Of a DNA stretch of 64,000 nt, positions 1 to 10,092 are shown piece by piece. The stretch is from a virus. Numbering within the stretch: the stretch's first letter is position 1; every line of letters starts with the position of its first letter. A program made the position numbers and the translations under genes. The notes beneath the pieces are model-generated. The model saw nothing but the letters and a program-made list of their open reading frames with translations, had not been told where the DNA came from and made no database searches. The stretch spans positions 1 through 64,000 of the IMG/VR virus record IMGVR_UViG_3300037193_001436, one strand, 5' to 3'.

Positions 1-3
1 ACA

Positions 4-582
4 GTGGCCCAGCCACGGCGTCCCAGACTGATGGGTCCGGCGCGCTACCGCGATCTCCTCAGCCGACTGCGCCAGGGCGAGCCGCTACCGAACGAGAACG
101 CCTTCACCATCGAGAACGGCGCGAAGTGGCGGGACTACACCGAGGACCCCCGGGAGTTCAACGCCGAGGCGGCCTCAGCCCTGGACCGCGAGCTGCTGCA
201 GATCGAGGACGCCGAGGTGTGGCGTCGCCGGTTCGTCCGGCGGCTGTGGGGCAGGCCGTTCGAGATCATTCGGTCCGCCGTACCGCTGCAAATCGCGGAG
301 GGGACACTGCTCATGGACCCCGAGGCCGAGCCCACCCCGGGCGGCACGATCGAGGTCCTGTTCAACGCCGGGTACGACCCGCAGCTCGCCCGGCACACCG
401 TCGTCGGCCGGGCACCGAACGCCCGCGAGCGCGAGCTGCTGGAGCTGAAGCCAGCCGACTGGGTCTACGACCTGCTGGAGGTCTTCACGACGGCCGACGG
501 TACGCCGGTACAGGCGGCCCGGACCATCCTTCCGATGGCCGGGGCAGTCCTGGAGTTCGAGACCGACCTCAGCGCTGGCTAA
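4..582 (+). CDS. GntR/HutC-family regulator, UTRA-like domain (probably 5'-truncated by window edge)
   Basis: UTRA-like pattern 'VVGRAPNARERELLELKPADWVYDLLEVFTTADGTPVQAARTIL'; no complete HTH in the window. Confidence 0.65.
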   Translation: MAQPRRPRLMGPARYRDLLSRLRQGEPLPNENAFTIENGAKWRDYTEDPREFNAEAASALDRELLQIEDAEVWRRRFVRRLWGRPFEIIRSAVPLQIAEGTLLMDPEAEPTPGGTIEVLFNAGYDPQLARHTVVGRAPNARERELLELKPADWVYDLLEVFTTADGTPVQAARTILPMAGAVLEFETDLSAG

Positions 583-754
583 GAGCCTCGGCGATCCGGC
601 GGAGCCGGGCGGCCTCGAAGGCGCAGCCGGGCTCGGAGTGCTGGTCGTAGTCGCGAGCGCTGTCGTTGAGCCGCTCGATCTCCTGGCGGTCGAACTCCGG
701 GCACTGCGGCCGGGACCGGATCACGGTGGTAGCCATGACTCAACGGTAGGTGAC

Positions 755-790
755 CTGTCATGACAGCACAAGCACCTGGTCATGACAGGT
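755..790. promoter_or_regulatory. Tandem palindromic operator-like sites
   Basis: CTGTCATGACAG (755-766, perfect palindrome) and ACCTGGTCATGACAGGT (774-790) in intergenic DNA beside the GntR-family gene. Confidence 0.5.
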
Positions 791-797
791 TCACCAA

Positions 798-1127
798 CTA
801 CTCCCCCGACCGCCGCCGAGCTTCGTCCAGAAGGAACGGCAGCAGGCTGCGCTCCAGCGCCTCGGCTTGCTTCCGGACTGACGGCGACTTCAGGCACATT
901 GCGCAGACCGGTGGGACGTCACCGTCCTCGGCGTCCTCCGGCCCGTAGATGTCGTTGCACTCGGGGCACTGCCACCAGCCCTCGTACCCCTGTGGGGCGG
1001 GACCGCCCGCCGACAGCCGAAGGAACTCCTCGGTGTCTCGCTTGCCGTGCTCAGGGCACTGTGGGTTCCGCCTTCGCCGGTGCGGCTCGTAGTCGTCGTA
1101 CTCGCAGATGCACACCGGATCAGGCAT
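798..1127 (-). CDS. Small Cys-rich (Zn-ribbon) hypothetical protein
   Basis: CxC, CPEH, CPEC and CAMC motifs; overlaps neighbour by 8 bp. Confidence 0.6.
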   Translation of the reverse strand: MPDPVCICEYDDYEPHRRRRNPQCPEHGKRDTEEFLRLSAGGPAPQGYEGWWQCPECNDIYGPEDAEDGDVPPVCAMCLKSPSVRKQAEALERSLLPFLLDEARRRSGE

Positions 1128-1665
1128 CGGGCTGCACTTCCTCGGCCAGCTCGGCTTTCAACTCCTTGAGGCTGGTCCTCGCGGCGTCGACCGCCGTCAG
1201 CCGCAGGAACTTCTGCCACGCGTTGGTAACCGCCATCTTGTCGCCCGGCGTACTGCTGGTCACCATCAGCAGCGAACCGTCTTCACGTAACACGTGCGTG
1301 TGACCGTTGCGTAGAACCGGTTTGTACCCGGCCTTGTGCACCCAGTCCTTGAACTCCCGCAGGCCGTTCGGAGCCTTAGCGGCCGCCTTCTTCACCGGCC
1401 CGCCACTCTTCGAGCTGCCCTTGCTGTTGTCCATCGGTAGGTGCATATAGATGTAGGCCACGGCTGGCTCTTCCGGGTCCCGGAGCGACACACACGCCTC
1501 CAGGTCCCCGCGCCGGAAAGACCTGATCTCGTATCCGAACTCCCCGGACTTGGGATGTAGGCCGGTGCTCGTCGGGTGCTCAATAACGGCCTCGATCAAC
1601 TCGGGATCGACCCGATATATCTCCAGAAATTCCAGTGCCTGAGGCAACCAATGATACTTCGTCAC
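1120..1665 (-). CDS. Two-domain protein with C-terminal HicA-like domain
   Basis: GTG start overlapping upstream stop; 'REFKDWVHKAGYKPVLRNGHTHVLREDG...TSSTPGD' resembles HicA-like fold. Confidence 0.5.
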   Translation of the reverse strand: MTKYHWLPQALEFLEIYRVDPELIEAVIEHPTSTGLHPKSGEFGYEIRSFRRGDLEACVSLRDPEEPAVAYIYMHLPMDNSKGSSKSGGPVKKAAAKAPNGLREFKDWVHKAGYKPVLRNGHTHVLREDGSLLMVTSSTPGDKMAVTNAWQKFLRLTAVDAARTSLKELKAELAEEVQPDA

Positions 1666-1955
1666 TTCTCCCCCTGCTCCTTCATGTGCTGCCGAACGAC
1701 CCTGGTCAGCGTCCGCTCGGTCAGCTTGTCCCCGCTGGCCGGGATCTGCTTCGGCTTGTAGTGGAACTGGAACTCCGGCTTTCCGGCCGTAGTTTCCCCT
1801 TTGTAGACCTCGATGCGGAAGTCGGGGTCGACGACGTACTTGCCGTCGACCTTGCGGTGGATCCGTCCGAGTACGTCGACCGTCCAGGCCCGATCCTCGG
1901 TCCGGTACCAGGCCCAGTTGGCCGAGTTCCCCCCGAACTTCAGCGCGCCGATCAC
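1662..1955 (-). CDS. Hypothetical protein
   Basis: ORF with 4-bp overlaps at both ends. Confidence 0.7.
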   Translation of the reverse strand: MIGALKFGGNSANWAWYRTEDRAWTVDVLGRIHRKVDGKYVVDPDFRIEVYKGETTAGKPEFQFHYKPKQIPASGDKLTERTLTRVVRQHMKEQGEK

Positions 1956-2314
1956 GAGGACACCTGCTCGGCGTGCCAGGCGTCGTGCTCGACCATCTCG
2001 TCGCGATCGATGACCGCAAGCGTCGACCTGGTGCTGCAGTCTCCGCAGATCACCAAGTCGAGCCGGTCCTGGTAGTCACGGTAGCGGGTTTGCTCAGCCT
2101 GCTTCTTCTTGCTGGTCACCTTCGCCCGGATCGGCGACCGGCTAACCGGCTTGGCGATCGTCGAGGCGGAGTAGAAGACCGTCGCCGAGGCGGCGTGGTC
2201 CTCGACCTTTGTCGGGCCGTTCGTCCAGTTCTCCGATCCCACGATGGTTCCGTCGTCGGCGATCTCCTCGTCCGGAATCTCGATGACCATCCGGGCTACG
2301 ACCTCAATGCGCAT
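1952..2314 (-). CDS. Hypothetical protein
   Basis: GAGGAG RBS and CCACCAC box upstream of ATG 2314. Confidence 0.7.
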   Translation of the reverse strand: MRIEVVARMVIEIPDEEIADDGTIVGSENWTNGPTKVEDHAASATVFYSASTIAKPVSRSPIRAKVTSKKKQAEQTRYRDYQDRLDLVICGDCSTRSTLAVIDRDEMVEHDAWHAEQVSS

Positions 2315-2392
2315 CCTGCTCTCCTCACGTGGTGGTGATGCTCTGCCACCCATGATACCACATGCCTCGCAGGCTGTCGTTGTCGATGGCAA

Positions 2393-2728
2393 CTACTCGT
2401 CGACTCGTTTGACCCTTTTTTCAAAGGAACATGCCGTGTTGGAGCACATCACCCAGGGCCAGAGGAACCGGTGAGCTGAGACCTTGGGCTGCACCCCGGC
2501 GAGGCTGAAAGTGCCCAGATCCTTTGCCTGGTAGGTCTCCCGGGTCACCACGCGCAGTGTAGTCCGGCCGCACTCAGGGCACGGCTTGTCCGCGAGCCAG
2601 TCGGTGAGGATGGGCATGGGAGATTCCCCAGCAGTAAAGGCTCGGCACCGCCCGCAGTACCCATTGGCAAGATCCTCGGGGTGACTGCTGGCGGTGCCGC
2701 AGACCGGGCAGATGAACCGCTCGGTCAC
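2393..2728 (-). CDS. Zn-finger hypothetical protein
   Basis: CPVC, CGRC, CPEC motifs; GTG overlaps upstream stop. Confidence 0.6.
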   Translation of the reverse strand: MTERFICPVCGTASSHPEDLANGYCGRCRAFTAGESPMPILTDWLADKPCPECGRTTLRVVTRETYQAKDLGTFSLAGVQPKVSAHRFLWPWVMCSNTACSFEKRVKRVDE

Positions 2729-3441
2729 TCTGTTGCCTCCTGCAACGGCTTCCGGGTGACGATCCGAGTCGGCGGATCGGGCTCGATACCGTTGGCCGCG
2801 AGAACTTCCGCCACGGCATCGATCGAGCCGTCGAAGAGGTTGATGTTGAGGCTGGTGTACTCGCCGGTGATCGACTTCGTGTAGGCGGTACGGAAGTTGT
2901 CGACCTTGACATCGATACCGGCCATCTTCAGCAGGCCCCGGATGTAGGCCAGGGATTGCCCGTGGCGTTCCTCGGCCCCCTGCTCCGCCGCTTCCGCCAG
3001 TCTGCGGTGGACGTCCAGCGTCTTCTTCCTGAACGTGGAGGCCCGTTTGCAAGCTGCCTGCAGGTCCTTGCTCAGGACAACGAATTCACGGTCGCCTGCG
3101 TCGCCGTCCTTGCTGACGAACACGCCCATGGAGGTCAGCAGCGGCCAGTAGGACTCATCGGAGGAGTCCGCGTATCCGGCCTGGTCGAGCCGGAGGAACG
3201 TCCCGTCACCCCGCGACACGTGCCACGCGCGGCCGGACACTGTGCCCAGCAGCTCGAACTCGTGGGGCTCCTCCCGCGTCGCCGCGTCCAGCCACTCGGC
3301 CGCCTTCTTCGAGCTGGTCCGCAACTCGCGGCGAAGGGTGTTGATCGCGAAGCCGTACCCGAGAGCCTTCCCCTTGGGGATCCCTCTTGCCAGCACGGCA
3401 AGGATGTCGGCAGCAGTGGCGGCCGGTCGTGTGCTTCCCAT
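2725..3441 (-). CDS. Hypothetical protein
   Basis: 238-aa ORF in operon. Confidence 0.7.
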   Translation of the reverse strand: MGSTRPAATAADILAVLARGIPKGKALGYGFAINTLRRELRTSSKKAAEWLDAATREEPHEFELLGTVSGRAWHVSRGDGTFLRLDQAGYADSSDESYWPLLTSMGVFVSKDGDAGDREFVVLSKDLQAACKRASTFRKKTLDVHRRLAEAAEQGAEERHGQSLAYIRGLLKMAGIDVKVDNFRTAYTKSITGEYTSLNINLFDGSIDAVAEVLAANGIEPDPPTRIVTRKPLQEATE

Positions 3442-3442
3442 A

Positions 3443-4054
3443 TCAACTCTCCGATTTCACAGCGTTGAGCGGCAGCTCTGCGGACTCCACCAACCATTCC
3501 TCGACCAGCTCGGCCGGGATTTTGATGCTCTCGGCAAGCTTCTTGAACCGCTCCGGGCTCATGTAGAGCGTGATGAAGACGCGATCGCGCTCCGGCCGGA
3601 TGATGCGGTTGATGCTCATGATCCCCGGAAGGTCCTCGATCCGGCCTGCCGCCGTGGCCTTGTGCTCCTCCAGGAACGCGCGTGCGGCCTCTTCAGCAGC
3701 CGTACGCTTGTTGTCCTTCGCCGTCTGGGCTGCCGCCTTGCCCCGTTCACTCCGCGCCTTGAACCGCGCCAGAGCTTCCTCGCGCTGGGACCACAGGCTC
3801 AGCACCTGCCGGTCCGGCACGCGGTATCCGGGGTCCTCAGTGCTGTCGAGCATCAGTTGACCGACGAGGTTGGGATCGAAGACGTCCTCGCGGTCGGCAG
3901 CTTCGGCCGCCTGGTCCTGTCCGATGGTGAAGAACCGACCCTCGGAGTACTCCACATCGTGGGCGTAGACCGCCGGAAGGACACCACCGGCGATCCCGGC
4001 CTTGCCGACGGCCGCGATGGCGTACACCTTGTTGTACTCGAACGGGCCCTTCAT
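3443..4054 (-). CDS. Hypothetical protein
   Basis: ATG 4054 overlaps upstream TGA. Confidence 0.7.
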   Translation of the reverse strand: MKGPFEYNKVYAIAAVGKAGIAGGVLPAVYAHDVEYSEGRFFTIGQDQAAEAADREDVFDPNLVGQLMLDSTEDPGYRVPDRQVLSLWSQREEALARFKARSERGKAAAQTAKDNKRTAAEEAARAFLEEHKATAAGRIEDLPGIMSINRIIRPERDRVFITLYMSPERFKKLAESIKIPAELVEEWLVESAELPLNAVKSES

Positions 4055-4317
4055 GCGTTCGCCCCGGTGAAATTCGGGTCCTTCAGCGAGCCACCCTCGA
4101 ACTTCCACTGGCCGGAGTCGGGGTCGATCCACCAGGAGTCCGGGCCGTTGTGGTGGGTGTCGTGCGACTTGATGCCCATGTCGCAGAGGTAGTAGTTGCG
4201 GCCCTCCGGCCGCGAAGGCCCGACGCCGGTGGCGACGAGCACCGACTTGCAATCGGTCTTGTAGGCGGAGCGCTTGCCACTCTCGACCAGCGATTCGTCG
4301 CTAAGTTGCTTCTCCAT
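4051..4317 (-). CDS. Hypothetical protein
   Basis: GGGAG RBS and CCACCAC box upstream. Confidence 0.65.
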   Translation of the reverse strand: MEKQLSDESLVESGKRSAYKTDCKSVLVATGVGPSRPEGRNYYLCDMGIKSHDTHHNGPDSWWIDPDSGQWKFEGGSLKDPNFTGANA

Positions 4318-4490
4318 CAGGAGTCTCCCGTGTGGTGGTGGACGTGCGTGCCAGCCATGTTAGCAGGTGGCTCGCACCCACAGTCTAGTAACTGGGAGAC
4401 TAGACCGAATCGAGACCCGGAAGAAAGGACTGGGCCCCCTCGATCACGGGGGAATCCAGGGAGCCCAGCGAGACCAGTGTAGTTGCTTTT

Positions 4491-4769
4491 CTAGCCGCCG
4501 AAGCCACCACCCGAGTACACGCGGTCCTCGGTCTCCGGCGCGACATCGAAGACGATCGAGACGTCCTCCCGGCCGAGCTGCCGGTCGCGGAAGAACTGGA
4601 CGGCCGCCGCGTTGGTCACGTACATCTCGATGTTGCCGGACGGGGTCGCCTTCGACCACGCCGCGTTCTCCGGCCCGCGCACGACGGCGCTGAGCTTGAG
4701 CTTGGCGGCCTCGGGGTCGTGGGCGGAGTAGGTCAGCTCGGTGACGTAGAAACGGGCCTGTACGGCCAT
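4491..4769 (-). CDS. Phage hypothetical protein
   Basis: AGGAGG RBS; 'ENAAWSKATPSGNIEMYVTN' resembles a common small phage family. Confidence 0.75.
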   Translation of the reverse strand: MAVQARFYVTELTYSAHDPEAAKLKLSAVVRGPENAAWSKATPSGNIEMYVTNAAAVQFFRDRQLGREDVSIVFDVAPETEDRVYSGGGFGG

Positions 4770-5052
4770 GAGGGGCCTCCTGGAGAGACGAACGACCCCG
4801 CCCACGAGAGACGGGGTGGATGATGGATCGTCCGGCTGCGAGGGGGCTGCAGGTGCCCAACCCGACCTCTTCCAGGCTAGGGCGACTTCTCCTCAGGTTG
4901 TGAGGCCAGCCGACGCTCAGCCGCCTCCATCCGGGACACTGCCTCTTCGAACAGGTTCAGGTGGTCCCCACAGGGCACGCGCCACCACTCGTTGTCGTCC
5001 TCGTGGAACCGCTTCAGGAACTCGTCCAGGGGCGGGCTGACGTCCGGCACGA

Positions 5053-5376
5053 TCACTGAACTCTCCTCGGCAGCCGCCCGCCGACGGACCGGGCCCAGGC
5101 GTCGCCGACGTCGGTGCGGTCGTTGCTGTGCTGGGGCTTCCTGACGCCTTTCAGCGAGTTGGCGTGGTTCCACATCGCCGTGGCCAGGCCACGGCGCTGA
5201 TGGTCGTCATCGACGTCGATCTTGTACGTCCGGCCGGTGGTTCCCGACCAGTGCAGGTAGCCGACCTTCTCGCCCTCGTGGTACGCCGACACCAGGTGAC
5301 TCGGCTTCCGCTCGCCGGTGTCCTCAGTGCTGTACCGCAGCTCGTACTTGCCGAACTGGCCCGGCTGCAGATCCAT
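5053..5376 (-). CDS. GNAT-family acetyltransferase with N-terminal LxPxQF tag
   Basis: GGGAGG RBS; acetyl-CoA motif A 'IDVDDDHQRRGLATAMW'; begins MDLQPGQF. Confidence 0.75.
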   Translation of the reverse strand: MDLQPGQFGKYELRYSTEDTGERKPSHLVSAYHEGEKVGYLHWSGTTGRTYKIDVDDDHQRRGLATAMWNHANSLKGVRKPQHSNDRTDVGDAWARSVGGRLPRRVQ

Positions 5377-5908
5377 CACACCTCCCGAAGAATGAGGCCG
5401 GGCCCCCACCTGCGAAGAGAGGGCCCGGCTGGACGGGGCCTTGCCGCCGCGCGGCCCCGTACCGGGAGAGATTCGCTGCGCCTGGAACCACTCCCGGAGG
5501 TTGTCGCCCACGCCAGGGACACAACCAGCTCAAGTGAACTTTATCGGCTACCCCGGGTAGTCCGGTAGGAAGCGCAAGACGTCGACCATCTCCTGGGCGA
5601 ACTCGATGTCGGTTTCGTCGATCTGGGTGCAGGTCGCGGCGTCGTACATGCAGAAGCTGTCGGCGTGATACCTGCGGTGGTGGGCGATAGCTACTGCGAG
5701 CTGGTCGATGTCCACGGGCGTGTGCTTCGACCGGCGCAGGAACTGCGCAGGGGCCTTCATCGGGTCTTCCTCCCCGTTCGTGGGGCACCCGACATGCACC
5801 CCAAGCGTCGCCGGAGTGGTCCGGCCTTCACGAAGTTCTTACCCTGCCCGGCGGAGTTGCTAAACGCAAGCCGTTACGACTCGGTAACTCATCGCACAAG
5901 CGTTTGAA

Positions 5909-6211
5909 TCAGCACTTGCCCCAGGCGAATTCCCAGTCCTTCTCACCCATCAGCCGCACCAGGACCCCACCCTTCTGTAGTGCGGTGAGCGCATCGTAGA
6001 GGGCGTTGCCGGTGATGCCGTTGTGCCAGTTCCCACCGCGCTTGTCGGTGAACTCCGCGTAGGTACCGTCCGGCCACATCCCGAGCACGACGCCGAGATG
6101 CCAGGCTGCCTCATCCCACGGCACCAGGTCCGACAGCCGTTCACTCAGCCGGGCGACCATACGCACCTCGGCCTTCAGCGCATCGTTGACGTCGGCAACT
6201 TTCCTAGCCAT
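5909..6211 (-). CDS. Hypothetical protein
   Basis: ORF in operon. Confidence 0.6.
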   Translation of the reverse strand: MARKVADVNDALKAEVRMVARLSERLSDLVPWDEAAWHLGVVLGMWPDGTYAEFTDKRGGNWHNGITGNALYDALTALQKGGVLVRLMGEKDWEFAWGKC

Positions 6212-6542
6212 CGAACTGTATTCCGTTCTCTGCCAGCCAATCCTTCATCGGCTTGGGGCTCTTGTTGTGCTCGGCAAGCCACTGGTCGAGCCGGGCGTGC
6301 GCGCCGGGACCTGGCATGTCTTCGGGCCGGATCTCGACATCGAACTCCTCGTTGTAGCCCGGCCCGAAGCTACTACGTTCCAGCAGATCCCTGAAGCTCG
6401 TGATGTCGAACTCCGGGCAACGCTCGTCGCAGTCGACATCGCACCAACCGTGGCTCTTGCCTTCACACTCCCGCTCGGGACAGGTGGCGTCCGACATGAT
6501 CCTTTGGTGCTCTCGGCAACGACTTCCAAAGCAGTGGCTCAT
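6204..6542 (-). CDS. Cys-rich hypothetical protein
   Basis: ORF overlapping both neighbours. Confidence 0.55.
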   Translation of the reverse strand: MSHCFGSRCREHQRIMSDATCPERECEGKSHGWCDVDCDERCPEFDITSFRDLLERSSFGPGYNEEFDVEIRPEDMPGPGAHARLDQWLAEHNKSPKPMKDWLAENGIQFDG

Positions 6543-7081
6543 GCTGGCACTCGTCGACCTGGATCGGGATCCGGCATCTCTATGAAGCCGCCGTTACCGT
6601 CGTCCCAACCGCAGCGCTTACACCACGGGTATACGCGGCTGTGCCGCATGATGATCACGATCGAGGCGGTGGCCGGGATGAAGGTCACTACCGCGCTGAG
6701 ATCGTCGGACAGCAAGCGCCCCGTAACCACGTTGAACGCAATCCAAAGCACCAAGACAGCAGCCCAGCGCTTCAGCCCGCTGGCGAATAGCCAGTGGAAA
6801 GTCGCCAGGTAGCGCTCGTACTTCTCGGCCAGCGCCGGACCGTTCAGCGGCATCTCGGCGATGCAGGGCTCACACAGCGAGTTCTGGTGCGCGAACGTCC
6901 CGAAGCAGAACGTGAACCCTACGGTCAGGATCCCGGCGGCCAGAATGATCGACTTGGCCCGGTCCGGCAGCGGCGCGAACTGCGTGGCCAGAGCCACGAT
7001 GTTGAACCAGAAGATGATCCGCCACATGTGGTGGCCAGAGCGATGGACGAAGTGGCGAAACGATTCCCCGAAGTTCTTCAT
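6539..7081 (-). CDS. Membrane protein (about 4 TM)
   Basis: Four hydrophobic segments, two CxxC motifs. Confidence 0.65.
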   Translation of the reverse strand: MKNFGESFRHFVHRSGHHMWRIIFWFNIVALATQFAPLPDRAKSIILAAGILTVGFTFCFGTFAHQNSLCEPCIAEMPLNGPALAEKYERYLATFHWLFASGLKRWAAVLVLWIAFNVVTGRLLSDDLSAVVTFIPATASIVIIMRHSRVYPWCKRCGWDDGNGGFIEMPDPDPGRRVPA

Positions 7082-7154
7082 AGCCGATGACCGTAGAGAT
7101 CCGGTGTACCCGAAAGCAAGCGTGTCGCCTGTCCCGGACAAAGATGCACCAAAC

Positions 7155-7481
7155 TCATGGTGTAGCCTCCTCGCCGGAGCCCCCGGTCCCTGCGCCTGGG
7201 GGCTCCACCAGTTCCGGCTCCTTCGGCTCGATCCACATCCGCAGCTCGACGCCGATCGCGCGGGCGTAGCGCTGGACGGTGGTGACCTGGAAGTCGCCGC
7301 CCTCTTGTCCGAGACTCTCGAACGCCGACACCCGGTGCTGGGTCACACCCATCCGGCGAGCGACGTCGGCCTGCGTGATGCCCCGGCTCACCCGGAGGTG
7401 CACCAGGGTGGCGATCAGCCGGGCGCGGTCCGTCTCGTCCTCGAACTGCCCGACGCGGCGCAGCATCTGCTCCTCAGTCAC
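7155..7481 (-). CDS. XRE-family HTH protein
   Basis: 'LRVSRGITQADVARRMGVTQHRVSAFE...TVQRYARAIG'. Confidence 0.85.
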   Translation of the reverse strand: MTEEQMLRRVGQFEDETDRARLIATLVHLRVSRGITQADVARRMGVTQHRVSAFESLGQEGGDFQVTTVQRYARAIGVELRMWIEPKEPELVEPPGAGTGGSGEEATP

Positions 7482-7684
7482 CGCAGCGTCCTCCGTACCT
7501 GAGCGACCTGTTCAGGGGTCGTGCGGGATCTCAACGCCTTCGCACCCGGCGTACCCAACGACGAGCGTTCCAGCAGCTCAGCGAACGAGGGTTCGCGAGT
7601 GACCAGCTCCGCGCGCAGGTTCGCCAGCCGACGCCGGATGTCGTGCAACCGCAACCACGCCGCGTCCAGCTCATCCGGATTCAC
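7478..7684 (-). CDS. Hypothetical protein
   Basis: GTG start; 'FAELLERSSLGTPGAKALR'. Confidence 0.55.
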   Translation of the reverse strand: MNPDELDAAWLRLHDIRRRLANLRAELVTREPSFAELLERSSLGTPGAKALRSRTTPEQVAQVRRTLR

Positions 7685-8482
7685 GGGAGTCCTCGAACCA
7701 CTCCGGGCGCTCGCGGCGCAGCCGGTAGAACTCCTCCAGGTCAGCGTCGAGCTTGGCCTTGACCTCTTCGTAGTGCGCCCGCTTCTCCGGCGTATCCAGG
7801 TGCCGGTCACGCAGGTCGGCCCACTTGTGCCGCGTCATCCCCGTGTGCCTCTCGTGATCATCGTGTACGTGGCGAGCGCCGAGAGGATCACCAGCGCGAT
7901 CGCCGCCAGCAGGATCGCCAGCTCGCGGGCCAGGTCTATCCACCCCTTCAGCATTTCCCGCCACACAGACCCCTCACCTTTCCCGTCCAGGGAGGCCGCC
8001 CGGTTTGCGCCTAACCACGGGGTGAGTGTGATCAGCCGGGCGGCCTCGGTGCGGACCGGTCACACCTCACAACAAGTGACCGGGCTCACAGGTTCAGCAC
8101 CTTAGACCTGTTACACCGCCCGCATCTAGTCCGACACACAAAATCATCACGAGTGTGTCTGCATCCAGGCCCAGACCCGCAGCGCGTCCTCGCGGTAGTT
8201 GTCCCGGCCGGAGCAGACGTGCTCCGGCGACCAGGCCTCGCCGGTCGACACCAGGTCGAAGCAGCCCATCACGTGCTTCAACTGGCACTCGATGTGCTCC
8301 TGCACCGGGTACGCCTCGCCGTCCGCGCCGATGCCCATCATCGAGATGCCCCGATCGTGTGGCTCGATCAGCACCTCACAGAGGCTGCAGGCGTATCCCA
8401 CGGGCACCGGAACCCTCAGCGCGTCGTCCTCACAGACCGGCGCTCTCAGCGTCTCAGAGGGCCACGGAGCCCCACCACAACG

Positions 8483-8707
8483 TCATCGCTCACCCTCCCG
8501 ACGCAGGATCTCCTCGGCCCCCTGGACCGCTATCTGCTGCAGGTCGGCATGGAACTGCTTGGTCCGTATCCGGAAGTAGAACGCGAGCCCGGCCGTCAGC
8601 ACGAACACCACGATCACGATCAGCCACGTCGGCACCCCTACCCGGCCGAGCAGCATACCGACCACGAAACCGCCGGGTGCCGTCAGCAGCGGCCACCAGC
8701 GCTTCAC
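8483..8707 (-). CDS. Small membrane protein
   Basis: Two hydrophobic segments. Confidence 0.6.
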   Translation of the reverse strand: MKRWWPLLTAPGGFVVGMLLGRVGVPTWLIVIVVFVLTAGLAFYFRIRTKQFHADLQQIAVQGAEEILRREGER

Positions 8708-9003
8708 GGCGTGATCTCCGGCGCGTAGATGGTCGTCAGCGGCTCCGGCCCGTCATAGATCTGACAGTCGCACTGATAATCGCGGAACTTCTTGACGCTG
8801 AACCCAGTGTCCGGATCGGTCTCCCAGTACTCGGTGCCCTTGGCGTACATGCACTTGCCCCGGCCATCGACGTGCATCGATCGCACGTGTCCGCAGCCGC
8901 AGGTCGCGGGCTTGGATTTCTCGATCGTCGGCCGCTTCGCCTTCCGCCCGGTCAGATAGCCGATCGCCAAGGAAACAAGGGCGATCACAGCTCCCTCGAT
9001 CAC
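8704..9003 (-). CDS. Membrane-anchored Cys/His-rich protein
   Basis: N-terminal TM; CGCGH...H...C...CDC. Confidence 0.65.
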   Translation of the reverse strand: MIEGAVIALVSLAIGYLTGRKAKRPTIEKSKPATCGCGHVRSMHVDGRGKCMYAKGTEYWETDPDTGFSVKKFRDYQCDCQIYDGPEPLTTIYAPEITP

Positions 9004-9505
9004 TCGCCGTCCTCCTTGATCCGGCGGTGGATGTCGGCCAGACCGGCCTCGACGTCGTACGGCTCAGTGTCCGCCAAGTACTCGATCATCTCGTCGTACA
9101 GCTCCGGCAGCGAGATCGGCACCGGCGGGTCCGGCTCACTCATGTCACGTCCTCTCCTACGTGAAACGGGCCCCCTGCCTCAACCGGGGGCCCGTCGGGC
9201 CACAAGACCAGCTCGTGGCGGGGTAAATCAGACGCTACTCGCTTCAGCGCAGGATCGTCCACAACAGCACGGCCGCGATGATCACCGCCCATCCCTTGAT
9301 CAGCGCACCCGGGAACCCGCGCCACAGCTTGAGCCAGGTCCGGAACTCCCCGTCTTCCTTGTCCGCCATCTCGTCCCCCCGGACGTCATCCTCGAACTCG
9401 CCCTCCCACAAGGTGGCGTGGAACATCCACCACAGCGGATCGTCGGCGAGGTCTTCAATCTCCCCCATGCGAGACCTATCGGATTTCGGGCCCCGCCGTT
9501 ACACG

Positions 9506-9838
9506 TCAGTCGTCCGGCCCGCAGACGCGCTCGACGGCCTCCATGACCTTCTTCTGCCCGGCCGCAGTTCCCAGCTCCGAGCCGTCCATGTGCACGATCG
9601 CGTCGGCGACCTGGAACATCTTCTTCGGCACCGGTCGGTCGTCGATGACGATGGCGATGATCGGCTTGTCCATCATGATCGACAGGCCCAGCTCCAGGGC
9701 GTACTTGACGTCGTCGAGCGTGCTCGGGATCAGCGAGCCGGTCACGTCCGAGTCCCGGATCATCGGGATCAGGTTCGCTCGTGCGTCTTCGAGCCAGGCC
9801 TTGACGTCCGGGTCTTCCCACGGCGGCTGGTCGTTCAC
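9506..9838 (-). CDS. Hypothetical protein (possible nucleoside deoxyribosyltransferase-like fragment)
   Basis: 'ALELGLSIMMDKPII' resembles the NDT E-x-G motif. Confidence 0.5.
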   Translation of the reverse strand: MNDQPPWEDPDVKAWLEDARANLIPMIRDSDVTGSLIPSTLDDVKYALELGLSIMMDKPIIAIVIDDRPVPKKMFQVADAIVHMDGSELGTAAGQKKVMEAVERVCGPDD

Positions 9839-10092
9839 AGCTTCGTCACCGTCCCGTCCGGCCGGTAGATCTCCTGCTCGGTGCGGACCGAGAAGTGCGC
9901 CAGCGTCACATCCTTGCCGGACTGCCGGGCCAGCATCTTGGCCTTCGGCCGCAGGTCGCCGACCATCGCCAGGTCCGCACCCATCATCGGGAACGCCAGG
10001 TCCCCGGCCACGATCGCGGGCACTCCTTCGGTCCCGTCGTCGTCGACCACGATGAACGCGAACACCGACAGGATCTTCTCTTGACCGTCCAT
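9835..10092 (-). CDS. Hypothetical protein
   Basis: Overlapping start/stop in operon. Confidence 0.65.
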   Translation of the reverse strand: MDGQEKILSVFAFIVVDDDGTEGVPAIVAGDLAFPMMGADLAMVGDLRPKAKMLARQSGKDVTLAHFSVRTEQEIYRPDGTVTKL

